A stretch of DNA of 64,000 bases. It comes from Octopus vulgaris (taxonomy: Eukaryota). The notes beneath the pieces are model-generated. The model did not search any database. It was not told the origin of the DNA and saw nothing but the letters and a program-made list of their open reading frames with translations. The stretch spans positions 94,984,001 to 95,048,000 of the forward strand of contig OX597824.1 in the NCBI GenBank assembly GCA_951406725.2, in the 5' to 3' direction. The translations under genes and the position numbers were made by a program. Positions 1 to 13,050 of the stretch are shown here, one piece after another (position 1 is the stretch's first letter; the number at the start of each line of letters is the position of its first letter).

Positions 1-449
1 ATGACTGATGAAGAATGCATGCCATAACACTTCACGGATGAATGGGTTTCTCTTATCATTACAGAGTGTCTCTAGATTCTATGGCTTCCCTGCCTCGCTC
101 CATTCCTTTTTCTTTGTCAGTTTCCACATATAGATCAGGTGTAGCTATTTTATAACACTAATTACTATTATCAGATCAAATAACCTGGAAGATCAAATAA
201 CTTATGGTACTTTGGTAATTATTACCTGGCTGGTCATTAAACTCGTACCATTATGTAAATGAGCTGCTCCTGATCAAGCACATGTTTACGTATTAATTGG
301 CAGTCTTTTATTACTCATGATTGGCATTTTGGGTCGGAGAGACGAGCAGATTCTAATGAATTATTAAACGACAATGGAGCCACTGAGTTCAATTGTCACC
401 AATTCAACTACAGCAAAAACTTCCATCTGGCCTAATTCTATAGCAACAC

Positions 450-725
450 TAAATGCACCGTCCGAACGTGGCCGATGCCAGCGCCAACTTGACTGGCTTC
501 CATGCCGGTGGCACGTAAAAAGCACCAACCGATCGTGGCCATCGCCAGCCTCGCCTGGCACGTAAAGAGTACCCACTACACTCATGGAGTGGTTGGCATT
601 AGGAAGGGCATCCAGCTGTAGAAACACTGCCAGATCAGACTGGAGCAGCTTCCTGGCTTCCCAGACCCCAGTTGAACCTGTCCAACCCATGCTAGCATGG
701 AAAACAGACGTTAAAGGATGATGAT
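450..725 (+). mobile_element. RTE LINE 3'UTR fragment (representative of ~15 copies)
   Basis: Same 3'UTR and (GAT)n tail. Other copies (approximate): 6845-7086+, 8316-8790-, 12631-12920-, 24280-24792+, 25378-25568-, 29174-29410-, 33868-34210-, 37370-37845+, 41255-41430+, 41980-42195+, 49246-49440+, 50948-51233+, 53506-53860-. Confidence 0.85.
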
Positions 726-743
726 TATATATATATATATATA

Positions 744-1127
744 GGCGCAGGAGTGGCTGTGTGGTAAGTAGCTTGCTAACCAACCACATGGTTCCGGGTT
801 CAGTCCCACTGCGTGGCATCTTGGGCAAGTGTCTTCTGCTATAGCCCCAGGCCGACCAATGCCTTGTGAGTGGATTTGGTAGACGGAAACTGAAAGAAGC
901 CTGTCGTATATATATATGTATGTGTGTGTCTGTGTTTGTCCCCCTAGCATTGCTTGACAATCGATGCTGGTGTGTTTACGTCCCCGTCACCTAGCGGTTC
1001 GGCAAAAGTAACCGATAGAATAAGTACTGGGCTTACAAAGAATAAGTCCTGAGGTCAATTTGCTCGACTAAAGGCGGTGCTCCAGCATGGCCGCAGTCAA
1101 ATGACTGAAACAAGTAAAAGAGAAAGA
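744..1127 (+). mobile_element. tRNA-derived SINE family S1 with CORE-like segment and internal microsatellite
   Basis: A box TGGCTGTGTGG, B box GGTTCAGTCCC, CORE-like CTTGGGCAAGTGTCTT, internal (TA)n(TG)n, 3' TAAAAGAG repeats. Confidence 0.9.
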
Positions 1128-1829
1128 TATATACATATATATACACACACACACACGCACGCATGCAGCACACACACAAAACAAACATGGCTAGAGTATT
1201 CGGCTCGAGCCAATGCTCAGAAACTGTTATGAAGATAAAACACTGTTTAAATAACATTGCAGGAAAATATCGTGGTTGGTACGAACTTTACTAATAAATA
1301 AATAGTTGAAGTAAAAAAAAAAAAAAAAATCTATTTTGGATCGATGATCGATGATGGCATAACATCCCCCCCTCCCCTGTTCCCTGGCATCTGTCTCTGT
1401 TCTTTGAAAATACTGGCTTCTTCACAGCTGGCCGGCATTATATTGGGGAATATTTAAACTAAGTCGTATACAATGCAGTCGGCCGATGTCTAGGTCACCG
1501 AAAGCTGCGACGATGTCAGACAGAACTTTCAGGGAATAAACACCTTGAAGAATAATAATCGGAAGGATTCCTCAAAGACATAAAAGGGAGAATGGTCCAT
1601 CCGAATTCCACCGACTTCATTTGTCTATGGAGACAATAAAGGTTTTAATATTGTTAATAGCACCGTCGAAATAAGTTGGGAAAAGTCATTCGTCTCAAAG
1701 AATGTCAAAGTATTTGGAAGCAGATCACCGAGAGAAAAGATGCAATTTTTATTATCTGCTGATGCGGCTGGTTGGTGGTAATCGATAGAAATAGGGAGGA
1801 GTTGCGTCATTTCCCCTCTAACCCTTTCT

Positions 1830-2451
1830 CCTTCTTTCTCTCTCTCTCTCTCTTTCAGTCGCTCAGTTTAACTCTCTTCCCCCCACCGCTATCTCTCTCT
1901 CTTAATCTTTCTCTCTTTTAGTCACTCAATTTAACTCCCTTTCCTGCTCTCTCTGCCTCTCTCTCTCTCTCTCAATCTTTCTATCTTTCAGTCACTCAGT
2001 TTAACTCTCTTCCCTTCTCTCTCTCTCTCTCTCTCTCTCTTTCTATCTTTCAGTCACTCAGTTTAACTCTCTTCCCTTCTCTCTCTCTCTCTCTCTTTCA
2101 GTTTAACTCCCTTCTCTCTCTCTCTCTTACTGCACCTCTAGTTGAGTTTCCTCTCTCCTTCATTCACACTTTCAGTAGTCTCCCTTTCTCTCACCATTCC
2201 TCCCTCCGTCCCTCCCTCTCTCTCTCGTTAGTTCGTCGAGCGTGGGGGAGAGGGGGAGGCGACCGCTGCCTCTGCTGCTGCTGCTGCTGCCGTTTAACGC
2301 TGCTGCCATTGTCTGCGTGAGTAGGACAGTGTGTGACTGTAGTCGAGTCTTCGCCACTAATGTAGCCAGTAGTCGGCCTGACCGAGGAGGAGCAGGCCTG
2401 TCGAGATAGGCTAGCAAGCTGGAGAAGATACCGGATTATCTCAGAGATACT
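1830..2451 (+). promoter_or_regulatory. Putative MOB2 promoter and 5'UTR
   Basis: (CT)n tracts and repeated TCAGT initiator-like motifs, then a CpG-retaining segment with a (CTG)n run leading to the ATG at 2452. The TSS cannot be determined from sequence. Confidence 0.55.
1850..2128 (+). repeat. Tandem ~60 bp units (TTTCAGTCACTCAGTTTAACTCTCTTCCC plus (CT)n)
   Basis: Four full units and one partial unit starting at about 1852, 1915, 1985, 2046 and 2095. Confidence 0.85.
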
Positions 2452-2468
2452 ATGGACTGGTTTATGGG
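2452..2468 (+). CDS. MOB2: MOB kinase activator 2 homologue, coding part of exon 1 (MDWFM-G, phase-2 donor)
   Basis: ATG GAC TGG TTT ATG GG|gtcagt. MDWFMG closely resembles the vertebrate MOB2 N-terminus MDWLMGK as I recall it. The phase-2 donor joins in frame to the acceptor at 58597. Preceded by a GC/CpG-richer 5'UTR-like segment. Confidence 0.85.
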
Positions 2469-5400
2469 GTCAGTATCAAAACATTAAAAATATATCAACA
2501 TTACACACATAAATATTACATGTGTGTATGTATATATATGTGTGTGTATGTATGTATGTGTGTGTGTAAATGTAAAACTCGGATTGGTTTCGTTTTTCGT
2601 ATTCGTATTCCGCCCCCTCCCTCCTCCACTGCAGACAGTGCTTGGCTTGTTGTGTCTCAGTTTCTAATTCATTCAAATCCCCTCTTTTCTTCTTTCTTTC
2701 TTGTTACTTTTATTTAATAATATTTATTTTTCCACAACCAAAACAATTATTATTTCCTCAACACAAACTGAATATTTCATTTTATTTCATTTCATTTTAT
2801 TCCAGTTGACACTTTGCCTTTCAGCTTTTTATGGGAGGACTTCATAGAGGCACCTATATACATGCTCACATAGACACATACATACATAGAAATATATAAT
2901 ATATATATACATATATACACATGGATGTATATTTATTTAAATTAACATCTTACTTGACCTGGCTTTCAATCACAGATGCCTTTATAATATCAATTCTATT
3001 TGATGTATTACCGCTAATAAATGAGCATCTTTCAATAATAAAGTGCTTTAATATTAGTTTAGATTTAATGTAAACACAAATAATCAATATACACATTTCT
3101 ATTTATATACTAACTTAACACAGACCAGTCGTTTGTCTGTGATTTCATAATTCTATCTCTCATTCCATCTCGTCTTTCCTATTTTCTCCAAACCTATATT
3201 TATTTCTTCATTCATTTCTATAATCTAAACACCATCATCGTCATAATTATTTTATTATTTATCTCTCTCACACAACACAAACATCTATATATCCTTTGTC
3301 ACACAGGTACCCTCATCTGGTCTTTCTATCCTACCACCACACATTACACTGCTCCTTTTACACACACATAAATGCACAAAGTTTGTCCTTGTGTACATTC
3401 TCTCAATATCTCAGTTAAAAAGGTTAGAAATTTATATCTAATTTCGATAGTGAAACAATTCTGTAGCTAGCCAGCCATTCGCCAAAAGTGTAGAAACTTC
3501 AGCCATACTCTCCCTATATTCAATCATTAAATTACTGTCCATTGTCTAATTGCTAAATTAAAACTTGTGTTTGTTGTATAATTAAGGTGTCCAACTTTTC
3601 CCCCGGTTCCTAGTGTTGTTGCACCTACAACAGGAACACCCAGGCCTTCAATGAATACTTTTAAACTTACCCCATACTAGACAGACAAACTGCTTCTTGA
3701 AGACCGGTTTTTGGTTAGGTAGAATGGAACTAAATTATGTTAGATGTATCGCATCTAACGAATTTATCTGTAAATTAAAAATTTAAAGAACTAAAAAATA
3801 AAATAGATGTGCTACCTGAGGAAATTGCTAATGTTTTGGATAAAGGCCTTCCTTGTTGAGGAAGGGATTGTTACCGGTCCAGACAGTTTCACCTCTAAGA
3901 GTCTTCTGGACTTCTGGTGAATTCTAAGTTTATTCTATTTAACTTCTTTAAAAGTTTATTTTATTGATAATGCTGACACTTCTGTATTTAATATCGAATT
4001 TGGTAAAGATAATTGAAGCAGTCGTTCGCCGAATTAATAGCATTTTGGTCCCATACTCTTATATCTATGTCCGAAATCTAACGCAAGGTCAGTTTTCGCT
4101 TCGTTCTCCTGGAATTGATAAAATAAAGTGCTTGATATGTTGGCGCTGATTCGATCGACTCATAACCATTTCTATTTTTACGAAAGCTGGTCTGGTATTT
4201 TGTGTGCAAAGAAAATTCCCATGTCATAATTAATAGCTTGTGAATAGTTTTATATCATTATCTTCATATAATTAGCATGCGGCATCACCAAAGTCTACGA
4301 CTCTAGATTCGATCGGTCCACACTCCTGCCAGTTATACCCATTAAGTTTTGCCAAGTCTTCCCAGAGATGCCAAACCATTATTATTTACACGAATAAACA
4401 AGGAATTCATCCCCAACTCTCAATTATACACCCGCAGATGCTCGATATTGACAACCAATTAACAATTTTTAACCCGGGCACTTTTTTCATCGCTCATTTT
4501 ATTTACTTCTCTTCCTTTCCAGAACATTTTGTTTCTTCATTAATATCCTCATTACACAGTTTGTTTGTTTTTTTCCTTCTTTAAATATATTTCGTCTTCC
4601 CATGTTCTTGACATTTCACATTTACAAAAGTCATCTTGATGGGGTTTTGTTTTTTTGCTTTGTTTTAATAAGAAAACAGTTTTTACTCCCACGAGAAATT
4701 AAATAGAAGCGATCCCAGGAATGTGGCGCAAACAATTACAATGTTCGGCGACACGACACAAGGACACACAGTAACTAAGAGGAAGTGTATAACCAATTAT
4801 TAGATCGAACCCCAGTACATGACTGGTACCTTTTAGCGACTTCGGTAGGGGAAAAAAAGCCAAATTATGAAATTAAATTAAAGCCACATTGCTTCTCTAA
4901 TATGAAAGTGGTTCTTTGTTTCTGGTATAGTATCTTGTGTCCTTAATATATCAATCATGCCCATATTGTATTCATTTCAACCCAGTTATAAAAATCACAT
5001 CATAACACAGACTATATATATATATATAGATGGATATAGATAGATAGATACGAGCCAGAGATAGTATTATGTTATTTTAATATATTATTAGTTGTTCTGG
5101 AAGCCTTATGAGGTTTCTAATGAGCAAAATGTGAATGGTTTTCTTTTTCTCTTTATCGATATGGTGTAAATATGTTCTGTTTGTGTCTGTCCCCTTTGTT
5201 CTCGTTATTTAATAACCTACGGATGTTGAAACCTTCGTCCAACATCAATTTCTGTTTATATTCGAGAACCACGAAGAATCCTCGCCAATTATTATTATTA
5301 ACCAATGTTACTATCAAGGATGATGATAAAACGTAAAAATTGTTTATCGAGCACGAGCAATTTACCGTTGTTTTGTTTTGTTTTTCCCACATCAGAATAA

Positions 5401-6732
5401 ATAATCTTGGGGAAAGTTGATATAAAGGCTTCCTCGATGCAACTGGAAATATTGTGCTGATGATGTAAGAGAACAACAATATGTGGTTTAGTCACTGAAT
5501 GAACGAGGTGGGTGTTTCAAGTTGTAACCTAAGCCAAATAAATTATGGATGTGTAAATGGCAGTTTTACTATTATTTATTCACAACTCATTGAAACTCAA
5601 TAACGAGAAAAAAAAACAAACTAAACCACAATATTATCCACTTAATTATTTACCATTGTTCTCTTGGAGCTGGTGTACTCTTTGACATTGGTGCTTCTTA
5701 GCTGGCATTAGAGTGACATGGCAAGAATGGTGTTGATGATGATGATTGCGTGGAATATGTGGCTAGATGACCATTAATGAATTGGTGTTGATGGTGTGGA
5801 TGTGGTAGCATCAATGAATGAACAGTCATTTGAAAAATTTGAGTTTAGAAAAGAATTTGACATATTTTATCGACACCTGACATACATATTATACATCTGC
5901 ATGTGTGTGTGTGTGTTTACATTTGTGTGTACATGGTATACCTACTTATTTACACTCACTCGTACAACCGTGTGTACTTTAAAAACTAAACGTAAAAAGC
6001 CTGTTTCCACCTGTCTATGATTCTTACGACTGTCCCTTTTTATTTTTTGTCTCTCTTCTTTAGCTTTGTCTTCATATGAACATACAGACACACACATAAT
6101 ATAAAAAACAACAACAACCCACCCCCAAAACATGCGCATATATATGTGTATATGCATGTCTACATGCAAACGTATACGATACACCCTCACATACGTGCAT
6201 GATTCAGTTCTTTGGTAATTATTTCGTGTCCTTGCATTTGATAGACAGTATAACCTAAACAAGTACACCGCAGTTCTTTTGGTAGTAAGTCTGCAATTGG
6301 TAGCCACTGCTTTTATTGGTTGGACTACTGATAAGGTAAAAATATCCATCGTGTACTTTTCCGGTGTGTAAAGTATGTACTTATCTTCGTGTGGCTTTGT
6401 ATGATCTCTGGTGTTGTGATTACATTCCTCGCAAAGACCCCAGACCATATTGTCCTTAAAAGGTACCATGAGGAACTAGAATTCACTTGTTTTATTTAAC
6501 TATTGAACATAGATTTTTTTTTTATTTTGCAAAGTGTACTTTGTGTGGAACGAATTCATTTTCATTCCGACATTCGTTTTGTGAGTCATGGTCATTTGAC
6601 GAAGAATATTCTGTCTGAATAAAGGAAGCAAATATTGCAAGAAATATCAACTGATGCTAAATGGTTTAACATTGAAGAGGAACTATTTATATTCTTGTAC
6701 ATGTTTGTCCTTTCAGCAAGTTTAAGGAATAT

Positions 6733-6780
<48 letters not shown>

Positions 6781-8374
6781 CTGTCTTCCACAGCAGAAGT
6801 ATTAAAATCCCATCCCCTGGTGAAAAGGATTGGTCTACAAGAGTCTTGTGCCAGTGGCCACATGCTGGGCACTTGTGCCAGTGCTACATAGAACCACTCA
6901 TGCCAGTGCCACATTAAAAGCATCCACCACACACTGCAAGGTGGTTGGCATGAAGAAGGGCATCCAGCTGTAGAAACCAAGCCAAACCAGATTGGAACCT
7001 GGTACAGCTACCTGTTTTGCCAGCTCTGGTCAAACCGTCCAACCCATGCCAATATGGAAAACGAACATTAAAGGCTGATGATGATGCTATACATACACAC
7101 ACACACACACATATATATATATAAATATGTATGTGTGTTTCTAGCTTTGTGTTTTTCCCCTGTCACTGCTTGACAACTGGTATTGGTTTGTTTATGTCCC
7201 TGTAACTTAATAGTTTGGCAAGACAAGCCACTAAAATAGGTACTGGGATCGATTTGTTTGACTAAACCTTTCAAGGCGTTGCCCCAGCATGGTCACAGCC
7301 CAATGACTGAAACCAGTAAAAGATAAAAGCCAAAAGATACATAATTAGACAAATCCAGGGTGACATCAAAAGTTTCAATGGTGGTCGCTTGTCAGACTCT
7401 CACACTTGATTCGTTAATTGCATCGTTAAGCATCTGCCATTCCTTTGATTATTATCTGTTCTTTATATTGTAGACAAGCTATTTGCTTAAAGCATCTTGT
7501 GTTTTTATTTCTAGCAGTCGGTTGGTTGGTTGTGGCAGCTGGTGACGAAGCATCTTGTCTTCAATGATGTCTTCCTTCTGTTTTGATCTTGGCTCTATGA
7601 TGCTGGACTTTTTATCTACATCAGTTTCATCATATGAACAGCCAGTTGTTCTATCGACTGGATGACCTCTTCATTGAATTAGCGTGCAAAGTGGTTGAGT
7701 ACTCCACATTTATGTAATCCTCTGGCAGAATCAAGTGTCTCAAGGCTGAAGCTTTGAATTACAGACACATTTCATGTGAAAGGCTTCTATAGGGATTCAA
7801 TGTACTTCATTTCACTCATAACACTTTAAGGTTAGGGTGAAATGCATTTTCCCAAGTTGTCATATTGTGGGGTTGAACCTCAGACCTCATAGTTACAAAG
7901 TGGACTTCTTAAGAACCACTCAGCCACGGACCAAGGTATGAGTCATATGTCTGACAATAGTGGCATTATCGATTTCATCAGTTGGTCTGAATAGTTGAGT
8001 TAGTTATCTTATTTGTTTCATTCATTAGACTGTGGCCATGCTGGGGCACTGCCACGAAGAATTTTACTCAAATGATTTGACCCCAGTCCTTCTTCTAAAG
8101 GCGATGCTTCTTCTGGTTTGGGAAGTGCCTGTGATGATAGTGACATGGGGTAGCAGGATCAGACTTATAGTGATGAAAGGTCCTTTACGAGAAGTACTCG
8201 ATTTATTAAGGCTGGGGGCCTTTATGTTTTCAAGTAGGGGTGAAAATACTCGTGTTATAGAGATGTACGAATAAATTCCTATTCTGATATATCGTGTGTG
8301 TGTGTGTATATACGTCATCATCATCATCATTTAATGTCCATTTTCTATCCTGGCATAGATCGGATGGTTTGACA

Positions 8375-8608
8375 GGCGGCGAGCTGGCAGAATCGTTAGC
8401 AAACCGGGCGAAACGCTTAGCAGTATTTCGTCTACCGTTACGTTCTGAGTTCAAATTCCGCCGAGGTCGACTTTGCCTTTCATCTTTTCGGGGTCGATTA
8501 AATAAGTACCAGTTACGCACTGGGGGTCGATGTAATCGACTTAATCCGTTTGTCTGTCCTTGTTTGTCCTCTCAGTGTTTAGCCCCTTGTGGGCAATAAA
8601 GAAATAGG
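8375..8608 (+). mobile_element. tRNA-derived SINE family S2 with Nin-like domain
   Basis: GGCGGCGAGCTGGCAGAATCG head, GAGTTCAAATTCC B box and Nin-like GCCTTTCATC.TTTCGGGGTCGA..AAATAAGTACCAG. TSD ggtttgacagg at 8366-76 and 8607-17, inside an RTE tail. Other copies (approximate): 31483-31866-, 36190-36365+, 39330-39772+, 56117-56321-, 59870-60070+, 60663-60845+. Confidence 0.82.
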
Positions 8609-9128
8609 TTTGACAGGAGGTGGCAAGCCAGAGTGCTGCACCATGCTCCAGTTGTCTAATCTGGCATGGTTTCTACAGCTGGATGCCCTTCCTAATGCCA
8701 GCCACTTTACAGAGTGTACTTGGTGCTTTTTAAGTGGCACTGGCACAGGGGCATTTTTACACAGCACTGGCACGGGTGATTCCTGGGTGGGGTCCGCATG
8801 GGTGCAGTTTACATACTCTGGCATATATATAAATGGCAGAACAGTTAGTGTTTTGTAGCCAAGAAGACAAGATGTATTACAGCCTTGTAAATTGTAGAGT
8901 CCCTGAGCCTTTTGCTTATGTATTGTATTTATCTGTTAACATAACAAATTCTCTCTTGATCTGTTTAATGTTATATCTTTGCAAATATTTTACTGCATAG
9001 CATTATCTTAAGAGTCCTTTCGTGTAGGTGATAAAATGTGATGTGAGGAAGATTTGGTTACTATTTCTAGCAAGTTGAGTGACTGCAGGAAAGCTCCTCC
9101 CTTGTGTGTCTATGGCTGATGTGCTTAA

Positions 9129-9349
9129 CCCTTTAGCGTTCAGGTTTCTTTGTGAAACCCAATGCTTATTTATTCACACTATTTTGAATTAATCATGCAT
9201 TATTTTGTAGCCATGAAATTTTTAATGTCATTATTGTTCAATTTTAGAATGACATGGTAGGATAGGTGCAAGAGGCTGGATCTGGCTGGTTTGAATATAA
9301 AAGAGGTTGAATATTTGGGCTGGACATGGTCAGGTTGAATGCCAAAGGG
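9129..9349. mobile_element. piggyBac-type MITE, family P2
   Basis: TIR CCCTTTAGCGTTC...GAATGCCAAAGGG with TTAA flanks. Related copies at 33262-33439 and 45408-45882; fragments at ~23670-23805 and ~33762-33848. Confidence 0.8.
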
Positions 9350-10721
9350 TTAAACTTTACTCACAATGCCTCAGTCCACTGAACTGTAAACAGGCCCCAC
9401 ACACTGTGAGCAACCATGCAACATCAACAAATCTTGCTGTGCACCACTAAAAATCCCAAAGCTGTTGTTTAGCCCTACATCAGCTCCTGATTGAGCAGAC
9501 CTATGACCAAAATTGCTCTAGCTACGACCATCTTGTCTTTTTTTTTTCAGGCAGGAATTACAACCGTGTTTCATGGTCTGTTACCACAACAGCTCCTTTA
9601 TAGGATCCAGTTAGCTCAAGACATCATCAAGAGGAACCATGTCTGGTTTCGGCCCCTACTCCTCTACCGTTTTGACGTGCCCCCCCCCCTTTCGGAGGTG
9701 TCTTCATCTCTGGTGTTGGGTGTATGTCTTTCTTCTTCTTTCTTCTGTTCCTTGGCCTCTTCGATGTAGCATCAACGTGTGTCAGTGGGCAACTGCCTGT
9801 CTTGTCAAATTTCCCTTTAAATACCTGCTGCTAGGCTCCAGCAGGCAGCCCCAGCAAGTTGTCATGTGACACTGTCTAAACTTTAACTGACCAATGAAGG
9901 CGCGTAGTCTTAGCCCATGCATTCTCTAAACGACCGTCACCTGTCAGTCAGCGAAGCTAATTCAGTGTCAGCTTGTCTCACCTAGTGATGCTATTTCCCG
10001 CCAGCATGTTGTGACTTTCAAGCCATTTTCAGTCTTCTCGCTTCAGCCATATATAGAAGCTGGTTTTTTCGACCACCTCCTGTACTCTCCTTATTAGTTT
10101 TCTCAGCTCCGAGCTAGAACCAAATTATCCAATACGTCCTTCCATTTTTAAGATAGTAAACTAGTGATAAGAGGGAGATTTGGCCACTGTTTTTCACAGG
10201 TCAAGCAAGCCATAACATTGTATAGAGGTGGAGGGAGCGATGAACATGGAATCGTTTTCAATTTCAGGTTAGCCTTTATCAAGCAGATTTATAATCAAAA
10301 GTGTTCAGCTGTGACAAATCTTATCTATTTATTTTTTACAGACTTAGTTTATCTAAAACTATACTAAGTTATGTACACATTTTTTTAAAGATAATAGAGT
10401 GTGATTTGAGTGAAATTTGGCTGCTGTTTGTATCGGGTCAAGTCTCTGAGGCTGTCTCATTGACTTGAGAATCATGATGTTAGGTCTCTAGTACAGGCAA
10501 ACTTTATCTTTAGCTCAACAGTTGCTGTTCTTCACATTGTAAGTCTGGTTGAATTGAGCATGGTTAAGTCTCCTAAGAACTGGTTTTTAAAGTCAGAAAC
10601 GGTGGTGGGGAACACACATATTCACACACACATATATATAATTGTTAAACAGGACAGCAAACATTAAGGCAAGGCAAACATCTCAAATCGTATACAGTGT
10701 TATTATTGGAAGAAAGTCAAA

Positions 10722-10777
10722 GTCTTACAACTGTTTCTGGGATATCCTCGAGTATGGGATATTCCATCATCAGAGAC
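10722..10777 (-). ncRNA. Minimal type I hammerhead ribozyme motif (Penelope-like)
   Basis: - strand reads gtct-CTGATGA-TGGAATATCC-catactcga-GGATATCCCA-GAAA-C-AGTT-G-TA|agac. Helix I is 4 bp, helix II pairs 9/10, the core is intact, the cleavage triplet is GUA, and helix III ACAGUUGU is self-complementary with GU pairs. Confidence 0.75.
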
Positions 10778-11356
10778 AAATAAGGAAAATGAGAATGGTA
10801 TATATTAATGAGGTGACGACATAGAGGAAGAGAGTAAAAGAATAAGGAGATGGAAAGAAAGAAGAAAAAAGAAGCATATAAGTTCATAGGTCATAGCCCC
10901 AGTAATCTGTTAGAGCACTTACCTAGTGTACCTAATCGTTTAGATCACCTGTGAACTAAACCCCCATACTTTGCGCACACACACACACACACACATATGA
11001 ATACAGCCATGCATTGATATACATGTGTGTATATATGTGTATATACACATATATCTGCTCAATCTGGGATGACCAGAGTTATACAAAATCAACAGCATAT
11101 GTTTATGCCTACGTAAACACATACATTCATAATTATATATGCATATACACAATATGTATATATGTGTGTGTGTGTATATATAATTATGTATCCATGTTTT
11201 TATGCAAACAAACATATGCTATTATTTTTGTATAACTCTGGTCATTCCAGATTGAGCAAACCTATCTAACGTAAATAGATATCTACATATGTTTATAATT
11301 GAGTTGGCATTCACAACCACACACATCTTCCCCTATCTCTTTCTCTCTCTCTCTCT

Positions 11357-11389
<33 letters not shown>

Positions 11390-11393
11390 GTAT

Positions 11394-11793
11394 AGGTGCT
11401 GCAGGAGTGGCTGTGTGGTAAGTAGCTTGCTAACCAACCACATGGTTCCGGGTTCAGTCCCACTGCATGGCATCTTGGGCAAGTGTCTTCCGGGCCGACC
11501 AATGCCTTGTGAGTGGATTTGGTAGATGGAAACTGAAAGAAGCCCGTCGTATATATGTATATATATATATATATATGTGGGTGTGTATATGTTTGTGTGT
11601 CTGTGTTTGTCCTCCTAGCATTGCTTGACAACCAATGCTGGTGTGTTTATGTCCCTGTTACCTAGCGGTTCGGAAAAAGAGACCGATAGAATAAGTACTG
11701 GGCTTACAAAGAATAAGTCCCGGGGTCGATTTGCTCGATTAAAGGCGGTGCTCCAGCATGGCCGCAGTCAAATGACTGAAACGAGTAAAAGAG
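11394..11793 (+). mobile_element. SINE S1
   Basis: Full-length copy flanked by long direct repeats. Confidence 0.9.
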
Positions 11794-11847
11794 TATGTAC
11801 ATATGTTTATAGTTCAGTTGGCATTCACAACCACACACATCTCCCAC

Positions 11848-11915
<68 letters not shown>

Positions 11916-12212
11916 GCAAAGATAGGAGTTATGTACAGCTAGATTCCATATGTTTATAATCTTGTGCCCTACTTCAAGCTTTCTTACCAGCTGGTTCTAA
12001 TTTATTGGCACCTCTCAGCTAACTTGAATAAATACGGTTTCACTTTTTAATGATAATTCTTCCAGTTTTCAATAAACTCGTTGGAATTCCTTTCTGTTAC
12101 CTCATTAATGTCTTAATTTATTCCTCTTGGCCACATTAACAAAGACACAAACGTTTTTATATCTATCTATCTATCCATTCCTATATCCACCTGGATGGAT
12201 CTCCATATGCAT

Positions 12213-12590
12213 CTTTTATCTTATACTTGTTTCACTCATTTGACTGTGGCCATGCTGGAGCACTGTTTTGAAGGGTTTTAGTTGAACAAATAGGCCCCAG
12301 GACTTAATTTTTTGGCTGAACTGCTAAGTTATGGGGACATAAACACACCAACACTGATCGTGAAGCGGTGGTGGGGGGACAAAGATATGCACACACAGAC
12401 ACACCCACACACATTATATACACACACACACACACACAACAAGCTTCTTTCAGTTTCCGCCTACCAAATCCACTCACATGGCCTTGGTTGGCCCGAGGCT
12501 ATAGTAGAAGAGTTTTGGCCAAGGTGCCATGCTGTAGGACTGAACCTGGAACCATGTGGTTGGGAAGCAAGCTTCTTACCACACACCCAC
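12213..12590 (-). mobile_element. SINE S1 (older copy)
   Basis: Diverged reverse-strand copy. Confidence 0.8.
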
Positions 12591-13050
12591 GCAGGCATGG
12601 GTGTGTCGTAAGAAGCTTTCTTCCCAACCACATCATCATCATTTAACATCTGTTGTCCCTGCTAGCATGGGTTGGACGGTTTGACCAGATCTGGTAAGCT
12701 GAGGGGCTGCACCAGACTCCAGCCTGATTTGGCATGGTCTCTACAGCTGGATGCCCTTCCTAATGCCAACCACTCTGAGAGTGTAATGGGTGCTTCTCCT
12801 TGCCGCCGGCACAGGTGCCAGTTACGTGACACCAGTATCTGCCACAACTACGATTACACTTTGTTTGATGAGTCTTCTACTCAAGCACAGCCCATTGCCG
12901 AAGGTCTTGGTCATTTTATAGATACCTACTCATTCGAGGGTGACAAGTTCAAAAGAAGCTATGTCCTGGCACTTGGAATAAAGTACTCAAAGATAAATTT
13001 TGAGAATGAATCAAATGTTTAATCCGTAACCATAAGTTTGACAAAATATA

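Noticed and set aside
364-960. 198 aa ORF and the recurring 'MSSNARGTNTD/MLGGQTQT/MTTDAGVF' ORFs
   Set aside because: They are translations of SINE S1 and RTE 3'UTR copies, with frames that shift with microsatellite length. Not genes.
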